This document shows, one piece after another, positions 18,768 through 28,487 of a DNA stretch of 64,000 nt (position 1 is its first letter; every line of letters starts with the position of its first letter). A program made the position numbers and the translations under genes. A model generated the notes under the pieces. The model made no database searches, had not been told where the DNA came from, and saw only the letters and a program-made list of their open reading frames with translations. The stretch covers positions 21,811 through 85,810 of the forward strand of contig CAYGLK010000003.1 of the NCBI GenBank assembly GCA_964350985.1, written 5' to 3'. This stretch comes from an uncultured Candidatus Saccharibacteria bacterium (GTDB lineage: Bacteria > Patescibacteriota > Minisyncoccia > Phycocordibacterales > UBA918).

Positions 18768-20036
18768 CTAAACAAATTTCTCTGGTACTGGGAAGGCTTC
18801 ACAAATTTCCTGCACCTCCTTTTGCAAAGTCTCAATTTTATTATTATCAGTCCGCTGACGCATTGTCTCGATCATAATCTCCGCCAACTTAGTTGCTTCT
18901 TTTTCTTTCATCCCTCTAGTGGTCATCGCTGGTGTACCAAAACGAATCCCTGATGGATCCATCGCTGAGCGTGGCTCGTCAGCAATCATGTTCTTGTTTA
19001 GGGTAATACCAACAGCGTCCAAAACCGTCTCTGCTTCCTGTCCAGTCACTCCGAGTGAACCGTAAACATCAGCTAAAAGAAGATGATTGTCTGTACCGCC
19101 ACACAGCAGTCTGATTCCTTCTTGTTTAAAAACAGCTTCCATTGCTTTCGCATTTTTAAGAATCTGTGCAGTATAGAGTTTAAACGCTGGAGTCAAAGCT
19201 TCACCAAAGGCGACTCCCTTAGCGGCGATGATATGCATATGTGGTCCTCCCTGCATTCCTGGAAAAACGGCCTTATTTATCTTCTTAGCGATATCCGCAT
19301 CCTCACGAACTAAGATCATTCCCCCTCTTGGACCTCGCAGGGTTTTGTGAGTTGTAGTAGTCATCACATCAAAACCAAAATCAAACGGATTTTTAACTGA
19401 CCCCCCAGCAATCAAGCCGGCAATATGGGCGACGTCAGCTACAGTGTAAGCTCCAACTTCTTTAGCAATCTCCACGAACTTAGCATAATCAAGTTCACGA
19501 CTATAAGCTGAGAAGCCCGCCAAGATAATTTTTGGTTTTTCACGCAACGCCACTTCGCGCAACTCATCATAATCAATCTCCCCTGTTTCGACATCCTTCA
19601 TCTTGTAGCGGACAAAGTTAAATACTTTGTTGATCGCTGTAGTTGGGTGACCATGAGTTAAGTGTCCTCCATGAGACAAGTCCATACCAAGGACAGTGTC
19701 ACCTGGTTCCATCAAAGCAAAGTACATCGCTACGTTAGCAGCGGCTCCCCCGAGTGGTTGGACATTAGCAAAGCCAGCTTTAAATAATTTCTTCGCTCGT
19801 TCAATAGTGATCGTCTCCATGATGTCAGTATATTTCTGACCACCGTAGTAACGCTTTCCTGGGTAACCTTCAGAGTACTTGTTGGTAAACACAGAACCAT
19901 TAGCTTCACGAACCGCCCTGGACACATAGTTCTCACTTGGAATTAGTTCGACTCCTTTACGTTCCCGCTCTTCTTCTCCAACAAAAGTATCGTACAGCTC
20001 TGGATCTTGGTCTTTGATGAATTGATATTCGTTCAT
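18768..20036 (-). CDS. glyA: Serine hydroxymethyltransferase
   Basis: PLP-lysine region THKTLRGPRGG, SHGGHLTHG motif, 422 aa. Confidence 0.9.
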   Translation of the reverse strand: MNEYQFIKDQDPELYDTFVGEEERERKGVELIPSENYVSRAVREANGSVFTNKYSEGYPGKRYYGGQKYTDIMETITIERAKKLFKAGFANVQPLGGAAANVAMYFALMEPGDTVLGMDLSHGGHLTHGHPTTAINKVFNFVRYKMKDVETGEIDYDELREVALREKPKIILAGFSAYSRELDYAKFVEIAKEVGAYTVADVAHIAGLIAGGSVKNPFDFGFDVMTTTTHKTLRGPRGGMILVREDADIAKKINKAVFPGMQGGPHMHIIAAKGVAFGEALTPAFKLYTAQILKNAKAMEAVFKQEGIRLLCGGTDNHLLLADVYGSLGVTGQEAETVLDAVGITLNKNMIADEPRSAMDPSGIRFGTPAMTTRGMKEKEATKLAEIMIETMRQRTDNNKIETLQKEVQEICEAFPVPEKFV

Positions 20037-20196
20037 AATTGATATAAGAAAATAGCTTATTAAAATTTAACAACTTGCTGAACGAATAGGTTAGATCATG
20101 GTGGTAAAGGGTTATTTGCTCCATTATATCATAAACAAAAACAGCCGGGTTCTTGCGAACCCGGCTGTTTTTGGCCTTTTGTACTCTTACAAACAG

Positions 20197-21207
20197 CTAC
20201 TTCTTCTTAGTAAATCCTCCAATATTAGCAATCTCAGCTTTAATAGAAGCATGTGATTCGTAATTTTCCAACTTAATATCTTCTAGCTTAAAGTCGTCAA
20301 TATTTTTAATTTCTGGATTAAGTGAAACTTCTGGAAAAGCGTAAGGTTCTCGAGACAGCTGTTCTTTCACTTGATCAAAGTGATTAGAGTATAGATGAAC
20401 ATCACCAAATGAATGAACAAACTCCCCAGCGGGAATATCCACCGCTTGAGCTACCATCTTAAGCAACAAAGCGTAACTAGCGATATTAAATGGCACTCCT
20501 AAGAATAGATCTGCCGACCGCTGATACAAACCTAAATTTAATTTACCGTTAGAAACCTGGAACTGAAACATTGTATGACAGAAAGGTGGCACTTGTGACT
20601 GCTGTCCTTCTGAAGCCATTTCATAAATAAAATCAGGATTCCAAGCATTGATAACGTAAGACTTTCGATCTGGTTTTTTCTTTAATCCTTCAATTACCCA
20701 TGCCAACTGATCAATTTCACGACCATCCTTTGCTGGCCAACGTCGCCACATTCTTCCATAGATAGTGATTAGATCACCCCACTTAAGTACAAACGGATGA
20801 TCAGCAGGTAGCTCTGTTAATTTAGCTATGAAGTCTTCCTGATTCATATCTTCCTCTGGCGCACTCTCAATAGCCCACATATGATACATCTTCCAGGCCC
20901 ACTCATCCCAAATATGATTGTTGGCGTCTAGAAGCGGTTTGATATTTGAACTACCTGAAAGAAACCAAAGTAATTCGGTTGTAATACCACGCCAGAAAGT
21001 TTTTTTAGTTGTCAGCAGAGGAAAACCTTCGTCTAAATTAAACCTGATTTGTCGTCCAAAGACAGATCTAATAAAAGGCGGCTTCTCCCCTTTTGCAGCA
21101 TACTGCTCAAGGATTACTTCATTAAAAAACAACTCTTTGTCTGATCCATTATTTAATACGTCTTCCATCAAATCTAAATACTGATACTCTGGGTGTTTTT
21201 TTGACAT
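20197..21207 (-). CDS. thyA: Thymidylate synthase (ThyA, long form with insertions)
   Basis: RQIRFNLDEGFPLLTTKK, ELLWFLSG, PPFCHTMFQFQV (catalytic Cys), YQRSADLFLGVPFNIASYALL. Confidence 0.85.
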   Translation of the reverse strand: MSKKHPEYQYLDLMEDVLNNGSDKELFFNEVILEQYAAKGEKPPFIRSVFGRQIRFNLDEGFPLLTTKKTFWRGITTELLWFLSGSSNIKPLLDANNHIWDEWAWKMYHMWAIESAPEEDMNQEDFIAKLTELPADHPFVLKWGDLITIYGRMWRRWPAKDGREIDQLAWVIEGLKKKPDRKSYVINAWNPDFIYEMASEGQQSQVPPFCHTMFQFQVSNGKLNLGLYQRSADLFLGVPFNIASYALLLKMVAQAVDIPAGEFVHSFGDVHLYSNHFDQVKEQLSREPYAFPEVSLNPEIKNIDDFKLEDIKLENYESHASIKAEIANIGGFTKKK

Positions 21208-21218
21208 AAGTATATTAA

Positions 21219-21767
21219 TTAATTTAATAAATCCCTACCCTTAAAATTACTGTTCCAGTTATCTTTTCCACGCTCAGAATTTTGATACGTCCCTCTAGTT
21301 GGACTAGAGATTTTTGAAAAAGTAAGTTGCGCAATTTCCATACCGGGACGGAGTATAATTGGGACATTGTTTAAATTACAAAGTTCAAAAGTAATATGAA
21401 GAAAGTGGCCAGGATTGATCAAGCCAGCAGTGTTATGGATCATTAAGCCCACACGTGCCAAAGAGGATTTGCCTCCGACTTGTACTAAATAATGATTTGA
21501 ACCAAAAAAATCTTTAGAAATACTTAACACCGATACTCCTGGATGCAAGACAAACTCTTCCCCATCTGCAACTTCAATCTCGCGGGTTTTGGCATAAACC
21601 TTTTTTGCAGGATCGACAAAGTGAGTTGAATGCTCATCGTTTACCACAAACTTATTACCAAGCAAAATATCATAACTAACTGGCTGTAGTCTTTTTTCAT
21701 CAAAAGGTTCTAGAGTAATCTCCCCTTTATTGACCGCCGCTAAAATATCAGTGTCAGATAGAAACAT
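21219..21767 (-). CDS. dcd: dCTP deaminase (dUTPase superfamily)
   Basis: MFLSDTDILAAV..G.I.LEPFDE..LQPVSYDI N-terminus and beta-barrel dUTPase-like motifs. Confidence 0.75.
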   Translation of the reverse strand: MFLSDTDILAAVNKGEITLEPFDEKRLQPVSYDILLGNKFVVNDEHSTHFVDPAKKVYAKTREIEVADGEEFVLHPGVSVLSISKDFFGSNHYLVQVGGKSSLARVGLMIHNTAGLINPGHFLHITFELCNLNNVPIILRPGMEIAQLTFSKISSPTRGTYQNSERGKDNWNSNFKGRDLLN

Positions 21768-21770
21768 AAA

Positions 21771-22445
21771 TTATTCGATGTTAAAAGTTTTTTCAGTTCC
21801 GTAATAATCTGCCCAGAATTCATTATAGTGAGCGAACATTCGAGCTAGTCGATCTTGACCAAGTTCTTCAACTCCCAACTCTTTCATACATTCCTCAAGC
21901 CGCGCCCGAACAGCAGGCAATTCTGACTGATCAGTAGTCACGGTTTCAAACTCAGCCAAGTATCCATAACCAGCGTTTCTATCTAAGCAGACGGTGATGC
22001 CTTTGTATGCGTACTCTATTCGATCACGAGACCACTTCGCTTGGAAAGTAAAACCAGCTTTTACCAAGAAGGCATCAAGTTCATCTAGAGTTATTGGTAA
22101 GCTTTCTTCAAACTCTAGTCTGGAGACAGTGTTAGCGCTTGTTCCTCCGTCCAGTGAAGCTTTCATGACTAAAAGCACCTCCCCGTCTTTGTCTCTGGTG
22201 CGAACTGAAAAGTCTTTACCATTAGCAAAAAAGTCTGCAAACTTATCTCTTTGTTCTGCACTAAAAATCTCTTCGATATTTGAATACAAGACATTTAGAT
22301 CACCATTAACAAAATAATGATTTAGCTGCGAGTTTCGACTGGTAATTTTCATTTCAGGATCAAGCTCTTCCATTTTTTTAATCAATCCATCAGCCGCCTC
22401 CTTATCTCCTAGTAAAGTTTTAATTTCAATTTCGTAGTTTGCCAT
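21771..22445 (-). CDS. CYTH-like domain protein (possible triphosphatase)
   Basis: N-terminal YEIEIKTLL resembles the ExExK motif of CYTH/CyaB-ThiTPase triphosphate tunnel enzymes; otherwise weak. Confidence 0.35.
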   Translation of the reverse strand: MANYEIEIKTLLGDKEAADGLIKKMEELDPEMKITSRNSQLNHYFVNGDLNVLYSNIEEIFSAEQRDKFADFFANGKDFSVRTRDKDGEVLLVMKASLDGGTSANTVSRLEFEESLPITLDELDAFLVKAGFTFQAKWSRDRIEYAYKGITVCLDRNAGYGYLAEFETVTTDQSELPAVRARLEECMKELGVEELGQDRLARMFAHYNEFWADYYGTEKTFNIE

Positions 22446-22544
22446 ATGTTTAAATTATACCCGTCTCCACGAAACACACCAAATAAGAAGGCCGGGATTT
22501 GTGTCGTAATCGTTATTTAGAGTATTTACGAGTAATTTAGCCTG

Positions 22545-23084
22545 TTGTATAATGTACGTATGATGCATTTTCCTTCAGTTCCAGTGGTGATTGTGGCTGC
22601 TATCAGTAAACATGATCGAGCTATTGGATATCAAAACAAATTACTCTGGCATATTCCTGAAGACTTAAAACGTTTTAAAGAATTAACTTTAGGACATCCG
22701 ATTATTATGGGTCGTAAGACTTTTGAATCTATCGTAGCCATGCTCGGTAAACCACTACCCGGCCGGAAAAATATTATTCTCACTCGTAATCCTGAACTAA
22801 CCTACGAAGGAGCAGAAACAGCCGGTTCTCTTGAAGCCGCTTTCACTGTAGCTAGCAGAGAAAATCCACTAGAGATCCACATTGGCGGCGGGGCTGAACT
22901 GTATACTGCAGCCCTACCTTTTGTCAGTCGCCTACACCTAACTCTAGTAGATAGTAAAGACAAAGCTGATACTTTTTTCCCAAAATATGAAAGTGGATTT
23001 CAAATTACTAAAGAACATCCGCCAGAAATAAGTAATGGCATTATATATCAGTGGGTGGATTATCACAGAAAAATTGAATACTAG
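22545..23084 (+). CDS. folA: Dihydrofolate reductase
   Basis: AIG.QN.LPWH.PEDLKRFKELT.GHPIIMGRKTFESI pattern; 179 aa; clustered with thyA/dcd. Confidence 0.8.
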   Translation: MYNVRMMHFPSVPVVIVAAISKHDRAIGYQNKLLWHIPEDLKRFKELTLGHPIIMGRKTFESIVAMLGKPLPGRKNIILTRNPELTYEGAETAGSLEAAFTVASRENPLEIHIGGGAELYTAALPFVSRLHLTLVDSKDKADTFFPKYESGFQITKEHPPEISNGIIYQWVDYHRKIEY

Positions 23085-23098
23085 CGATACAACTATTT

Positions 23099-23135
23099 AA
23101 AAACAGGCAGATTCAGAATGAATCTGCCTGTTTTT
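23099..23135. terminator. Bidirectional terminator
   Basis: aaaaacaggcagattcagaatgaatctgcctgttttt perfect hairpin. Confidence 0.55.
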
Positions 23136-23151
23136 AAAATCTAAATCCTTA

Positions 23152-23871
23152 CTACTTTTTCTTAGGTAAAAAATTTTCGTACAACACTCTAAACGTATCA
23201 TCTTCAAATGGGACTAAGAGCTGATCGCGGGTATCAGCATCACTAAAGATAATTCTTGGGATGTTGCGCGCAATTACCACAGGAGTAGCTTCATCTACTT
23301 CTCCCATAACTACATTGGCTCCTGCAGCCAACCCGTCGACTATGTTTGAGCGTTCATAACGAATCTCACGACCAAACAAATCAGCCCTGCCGCGACAATC
23401 TTCAATTGGTTCAATTCCCCACCAACTCAAAGAGATTCCTGTAGCGCCGAAACGAAACGGTGCCGAACAGCTATCGACGATTATCACTCCAACTTCTTTA
23501 AGCTGATATTTTTCTTTCAACCATTTTCTAATATTTTTAGCCGACAAAAATAAATCTTCTGGTAAAAGTATGTAGTGACCATTGCCATTACTTTCATCAA
23601 TTCCCGCAGCACCCAGAAAGGTGTGGTGCGCTACTGTCAGAGGAGAATTCCAATATGGACGCGGAATAACCATCTGTGATGCTTCTTGAATTAGTTTTGT
23701 TTTGTCAGCTCCAGATATAGGTAATGTCTTGCCTTCATGGATAGCGACTACTTTAGAGCTAATCAAAACAACGTCTTTTTCTTTCAGTGCTGGTAAAGAT
23801 TCTTCAAGTACAGAAAACAGATCGTCCTGAGGAGGTTGCAGTACTCTAGTTTTAACGGGTATTAGTTGCAT
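23152..23871 (-). CDS. CofE-family gamma-glutamyl ligase homologue (F420-0:gamma-glutamyl ligase-like)
   Basis: ISSKVVAIHEGK N-terminal region and C-terminal IIVDSCSAPFRFGATGISL...GANVVMGEVDEATPVVIARN block resembling CofE. Confidence 0.5.
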   Translation of the reverse strand: MQLIPVKTRVLQPPQDDLFSVLEESLPALKEKDVVLISSKVVAIHEGKTLPISGADKTKLIQEASQMVIPRPYWNSPLTVAHHTFLGAAGIDESNGNGHYILLPEDLFLSAKNIRKWLKEKYQLKEVGVIIVDSCSAPFRFGATGISLSWWGIEPIEDCRGRADLFGREIRYERSNIVDGLAAGANVVMGEVDEATPVVIARNIPRIIFSDADTRDQLLVPFEDDTFRVLYENFLPKKK

Positions 23872-24047
23872 GCGGCTATCTTAGCAAGCTAAGCTAAATA
23901 AAACAAAGACCGCAGCCTATGGCTGCGGTCTTTGTTTTTGCGTGTGCTTATTATTCTACTTCAACTTCTTAACAGAAGCTGTATACCTTTTGGCTTTTTT
24001 ACTTAGCTATCGCTAGTAAAAAACCTCAAAAGCTTCGTAGAAGTAGA

Positions 24048-24470
24048 TTATTCTACTTCTACGCCCATGCTTCGAGCTGTACCAGCTACAATCTTCATTG
24101 CTGCTTCGATACTTGCTGCGTTAAGGTCAGGCATTTTTACTTCAGCGATTTCTTTAAGTTGCGCTTGAGTTAGCTTACCAACTTTACTAGATGTGTTTTT
24201 ACTTGAACCCTTGTCTTTACCAATCTTTTTCAAGATAAGTCGTGACATTGGTGAAACCTTAGTGATGAAAGTAAAAGTACGGTCATCGTAAACTGAAAGT
24301 TCAACCGGTACAATTTCACCCATCTTGTCTCGAGTCTGTTCGTTAAATTGATTAACGAATTCACCGATATTGATTCCCGCTTGTCCAAGTACTGGACCTA
24401 AAGGTGGAGCTGGTGTTGCCTTACCTCCAATAGCGTGAACTTTGATCTTTTTTACTAATTTTTTAGCCAT
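24048..24470 (-). CDS. rplK: 50S ribosomal protein L11
   Basis: [24 protein letters not shown]11 signature, 140 aa; located downstream of secE-nusG as in the canonical cluster. Confidence 0.9.
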   Translation of the reverse strand: MAKKLVKKIKVHAIGGKATPAPPLGPVLGQAGINIGEFVNQFNEQTRDKMGEIVPVELSVYDDRTFTFITKVSPMSRLILKKIGKDKGSSKNTSSKVGKLTQAQLKEIAEVKMPDLNAASIEAAMKIVAGTARSMGVEVE

Positions 24471-24780
24471 GTTTTTGAATATGGATTAATTTGATAGGTG
24501 GGCTTGTTCCATACCAAGCCAACCCTTGAAGCCTGCGTATCGTACAAGAGAAACCGTGTTTTTGCAAGAGAAATCCTGAATCTAAATTAAGAAAAGGCCT
24601 TATCGTAAGACAAGACCTTTTCTTAAAGTTTTCAAAATAAGATGAAGTCCGCGGAGGGTAGGAATTTTTTAGAAGGTCTTATTTTGGTGGTTTGGCGAGG
24701 CGGACAAAGAAAATTTTATGAGGTGTACGTTTGTACATTGAATAAAATTTTCTGTAGTCCAACAAAGCCAAAACCCAAAA

Positions 24781-25326
24781 TTAGACCTTCTTTACTTGGA
24801 GGAAGTCCAGTTCTACTGGTGTTTCTCTACCAAACATCGATACCAATACCTTAACTTTACCGTTCTTCTCATCAACTTCACTAACTCGTCCTTCTAGTTC
24901 CTTAAATGGACCATCAACAATACTGATGATATCGCCTGGAGTTAAATCAAGCTGATGCTTTACAGTATTAGTAGACATTTGCTTCATTAGAGCAGTATAT
25001 TCAGCTTCAGTTAGTGGTACTGGCTGAGTTCCACTACCGACGAAACCAGTCACACGTGGAGTGTTACGTACTACATACCAAGATTCGTCATCTACAATCA
25101 TTTCTACCAAAACGTAACCTGGGTAAATTCGCTCTTCTTCAGTTACTCGCTTCCCTCCCTTAACCCGGATCTTTTTTTCAGTTGGGACTACCACGTCAAA
25201 AATCTTATCGTTCATTCCTAGTGAATCAATACGTTGTTTGAGGTTTCGAGTTACAGCATTTTCATAACCTGAGTAGGTGTGAATAGCGTACCAATGTCTT
25301 TCACCTGTACTATGTTGTTTAGCCAT
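24781..25326 (-). CDS. nusG: Transcription termination/antitermination factor NusG
   Basis: RHWYAIHTYSGYENAV NGN domain and C-terminal KOW motif; start placed at internal MAKQ rather than the longer ORF start. Confidence 0.85.
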   Translation of the reverse strand: MAKQHSTGERHWYAIHTYSGYENAVTRNLKQRIDSLGMNDKIFDVVVPTEKKIRVKGGKRVTEEERIYPGYVLVEMIVDDESWYVVRNTPRVTGFVGSGTQPVPLTEAEYTALMKQMSTNTVKHQLDLTPGDIISIVDGPFKELEGRVSEVDEKNGKVKVLVSMFGRETPVELDFLQVKKV

Positions 25327-25336
25327 ATATGATTTA

Positions 25337-25525
25337 TTACAGGTTAGCGATAATTCCCTTAATTGCTTCTCCAAAAATATAATCAAATGCTCCCAAGAAT
25401 AGTGAAACAATAACAGAAATCAGGATCACCAAAATCGTATACAAGAAAGCTTGCTTTTGCGTTGGCCAAGTCACTTGCTTCATTTCTGCGATAGTGGCCT
25501 TGAAATAATTAGTTAAGTTACTCAT
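25337..25525 (-). CDS. secE: Preprotein translocase subunit SecE
   Basis: 62 aa, single C-terminal TM helix, EMKQVTWPT motif; immediately upstream of nusG. Confidence 0.8.
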   Translation of the reverse strand: MSNLTNYFKATIAEMKQVTWPTQKQAFLYTILVILISVIVSLFLGAFDYIFGEAIKGIIANL

Positions 25526-25704
25526 AAGATATAGTTTATCAAAATAAAAACGCCTCTAAGGCGGATTAAGCACAATTATACCCGAACTTGCTTTAAAGTC
25601 AAAGGGGCGAAGGCTTTGCCTTCGCCCCTTTGACTTTCTACCCCAAACAACCAAAAGAAAAGCCCCTTATCTGGGGCGTTTTCTTTATCTTTTTGCTTTA
25701 CTAC

Positions 25705-26493
25705 CTACTTAACTTGGTAAGTCAGATTTACTCGACTGGTAGTAGTATTTTCACCAGTTGGTAGTTCAGGTGCGTAAAATGACGACTCCGCAGCATCTGA
25801 CATCATTGATTCTCGAGCCATCATTGGAGATGGAGCTCTGTAGCCATCTTCTTCGTAGTAAGAAACCATGTCTCCAAGAGTTACACCGAGATCCTTAGCC
25901 AACTCTTTTGCCTTTTCTTTTGCATCAGTGATCGCTAGTGCTCGAGCATCTGCCTTAAGAACTTCATCGTCATCAATAGTGAAAGCAAGATTACTAATAT
26001 TTGTAACTTCTTTCTCACCAACAAGTGAGATTAAAGATCCAGCATTTTCTAGATCTCGCACCTTAACTTCTATTGTTTGACTGACTTCAAATCCATCTTC
26101 AACTTGTTCTTGAGGACAGTATGAACCGATAGCACAAGGACGAGCTTCATATCGGTACTTTGGGTAAAGATTGTAGTTTTGTGTCTTGATATCTTTTTCT
26201 TCAACTCCCGCGTCTTTCAAAGCCGCAATCACATCGTTGATCTTAGTACCTGAAGCTTCTAGTGCTTCGCTTGCATTATCTCCACTTTCATTGACGGTGA
26301 AGCTAAATCGTCCGATATCTGGCACTGCTACCACTTCCCCTTCTCCAACAACCGAGATAGTAGTTGGACCAGTGTAGAAATAATCAGCCTGCTTAACTGT
26401 AAAGTAGGTATAAGCTGCTAGAGAAGTCAAAATCCCAAGTAACACCAAACTTCCTAATAATTGGTTGTATCCTTTTGTGAAAAAATTGTTCAT
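25705..26493 (-). CDS. SIMPL-domain (DUF541) protein, membrane-anchored
   Basis: N-terminal TM helix then TISVVGEGEVVAVPDIGRFSFTV pattern typical of SIMPL/YggE-like proteins. Confidence 0.55.
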   Translation of the reverse strand: MNNFFTKGYNQLLGSLVLLGILTSLAAYTYFTVKQADYFYTGPTTISVVGEGEVVAVPDIGRFSFTVNESGDNASEALEASGTKINDVIAALKDAGVEEKDIKTQNYNLYPKYRYEARPCAIGSYCPQEQVEDGFEVSQTIEVKVRDLENAGSLISLVGEKEVTNISNLAFTIDDDEVLKADARALAITDAKEKAKELAKDLGVTLGDMVSYYEEDGYRAPSPMMARESMMSDAAESSFYAPELPTGENTTTSRVNLTYQVK

Positions 26494-27446
26494 ATATTGA
26501 TTGATAATTTTTGTAATAAGTTTCGGATGATTTGGCGCACTTTTGAAGAAAACTCTGTGCCGTTACCACAAGTCGTGAAGAAAGCTTCCATATCTTCCTC
26601 AGACAAAAGTAAAGTGTCTGGTTGTTCCGCCATTAAATAATACATGATGGATTCACTACCTTCAACGTGCCCAATACCTAGAGCATGACCAAATTCATGT
26701 GCTATTACTTTAGTTAATTCCGTGGTGTCACTAAATTTATAGACATTTATCCGGTCTTTTTTGAAGTCGCCCTGAGTATAGATCTCCCGGTTTCCATAGA
26801 TTTCATTATATTGAACTACTTCCTGATTATAGAGTTCAATCAAACGATTTCCCTCAGCCCCCACTTCATTAATATTATCAATTTGTCTGTTTAGATTTTT
26901 CTCTAAAGCCAAAAGGTCGTCCAAGTCGTCAGCTAGATTTTCTTTTTCTCTTTGTAGTTGTCTAAATTCTTCTTCAGGAGCTCCGCCTTGTTGGTTGTAT
27001 CTAGCTACTTTTTGATTGTAGTCTTCTAGGTTTTCCTCATAAGAAGTTCTTTTGGACTGGTACACTGCCTGGTCTGCTTCATAAGCTTCAGACAAAGATT
27101 TTACTGACTCGATTTTATCAAGGCCCCTTTTTTCCTTTACGTCTAAAGAGACCCGCCACTCTTCTTCGGTACTAGCCAATTGCTGTCTTTCATCATAAAT
27201 CAGATTTAGTGCAAAAGCAGTACTTTCGTCATAGGTAAACAGGTCACGGTTAAAGGATTCCTCCCAAAGTACTTCAGCTTTTAAAAGGGCTTCTTTAGCT
27301 TCTTCGTCACTGACTGAAAAACGAGGATCTATCTCTCCGAGTTTATAGGAAATCGGCACTGGACAGATACCAGCTGTATTTACATACCATTGGCTGACAC
27401 CGAAAATGAGTGTGGTGCTTAGAATTAAAATTAAAATAAAAGGCAT
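26490..27446 (-). CDS. Matrixin-like zinc metalloprotease with coiled-coil region
   Basis: HEFGHALGIGH zinc-binding consensus (HExxHxxGxxH) plus downstream Met-turn (SIMYY); N-terminal signal/TM helix. Confidence 0.6.
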   Translation of the reverse strand: MPFILILILSTTLIFGVSQWYVNTAGICPVPISYKLGEIDPRFSVSDEEAKEALLKAEVLWEESFNRDLFTYDESTAFALNLIYDERQQLASTEEEWRVSLDVKEKRGLDKIESVKSLSEAYEADQAVYQSKRTSYEENLEDYNQKVARYNQQGGAPEEEFRQLQREKENLADDLDDLLALEKNLNRQIDNINEVGAEGNRLIELYNQEVVQYNEIYGNREIYTQGDFKKDRINVYKFSDTTELTKVIAHEFGHALGIGHVEGSESIMYYLMAEQPDTLLLSEEDMEAFFTTCGNGTEFSSKVRQIIRNLLQKLSINI

Positions 27447-27680
27447 GTTTTAAAATCATACCAGATTTTTCTCTTAAAAAAGAAAAACAGAGAGCGGGGA
27501 CTGCGTTGTCGCGAAACGTAGTCCCTGCTCTCTGCTCTTAGATGTCTCCTCTATAACTACATGATACACCGTTTGCTAGAGAAAAAAGCTCACTTTCAAC
27601 AGGCCTGTGGAAACCTCCAAAAACATTAAAGGCGACCCAGATTGGCCGCCCTTTTCCCTTCCCTTTGATGCTAGAGTTCT

Positions 27681-28103
27681 CTAGCAAAGAACTGAAGATC
27701 GTTTTTTCTCTCTTTCTTCTTCTCGCCTCAATTCTTGGAACTTTTTTTTAAGCATCCCTGGAACGAGGTTTTCGATCTCACTGTAACAAAAAGACCGAAC
27801 AGCAGGGCCGGCGCGGCGAAACTGGTGTTGAGCCAGCAGTCTAACCGAGTCAATTAGGACTTGTTCATCAAGCGGCCCTCTCTTTATTTCCTCGACAATT
27901 ATGGTCCTGAGATCATTCCTGACCTCAATTTCCTGCCCCCGCGAAAGCATTGGAACCGATTCTTTCTGCCCCTCTCTCCTCACGCGAGAATTATGCCGAC
28001 GGTACAGACAGACACGTACATTCTGAGCTTGAGACATGTACTTTACTCCCATCCTGGCCTTATTGCCATCTACGATACTTACATTACATAAGTTGAATGT
28101 CAA
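27681..28103 (-). CDS. Hypothetical basic protein
   Basis: ORF only; Arg/Lys/Glu-rich C-terminus; no motif recognised. Confidence 0.25.
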   Translation of the reverse strand: MTFNLCNVSIVDGNKARMGVKYMSQAQNVRVCLYRRHNSRVRREGQKESVPMLSRGQEIEVRNDLRTIIVEEIKRGPLDEQVLIDSVRLLAQHQFRRAGPAVRSFCYSEIENLVPGMLKKKFQELRREEEREKKRSSVLC

Positions 28104-28487
28104 ATAAAACGAACCCCGCCTATGTATCAGGCGGGGTTACGGCGTTACCGGCGTCGGATGCGAAGACGAGGATCGTCCGCTGGTTGATCAAAGTCAGTTG
28201 CGTAGTTGTTCGGCTTGATCTGAGACTTAGAAGCCCCGACATGAGCTTCCGACTGTTTTTGAGAAACCAAACTGCACTCAGCAGAATTGAGTCCTCCTTG
28301 CCAGTCACTTGCTCCAACCCGATCATTTTTGTTCTTACTCTTACTCATAGTCACCCTCCGAAGATCTACCCTCCCCAAGAAATTTTGGGGTAATATTCAT
28401 CGTACTATTTGAGAATAGACTTGGCAACCTTAAGTGTGTAGAGCTAAAACAAAACAAATGGCGCCTTCGGCGCCATTTGTTTTGTTT

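Noticed and set aside
24471-24780. The nusG-rplK spacer as an L1-binding autoregulatory leader
   Set aside because: rplA is absent from the locus, and no L1-binding-site mimic could be recognised by eye. Treated as an ordinary leader or terminator region.
28145-28378. 77-aa ORF (MSKSKNKNDRVG...) downstream of nrdA
   Set aside because: It could be a real small basic protein. However, it has no motif, and overlapping ORFs on both strands (28097-28393 +, 28120-28326 -) make the call ambiguous. Left unannotated.
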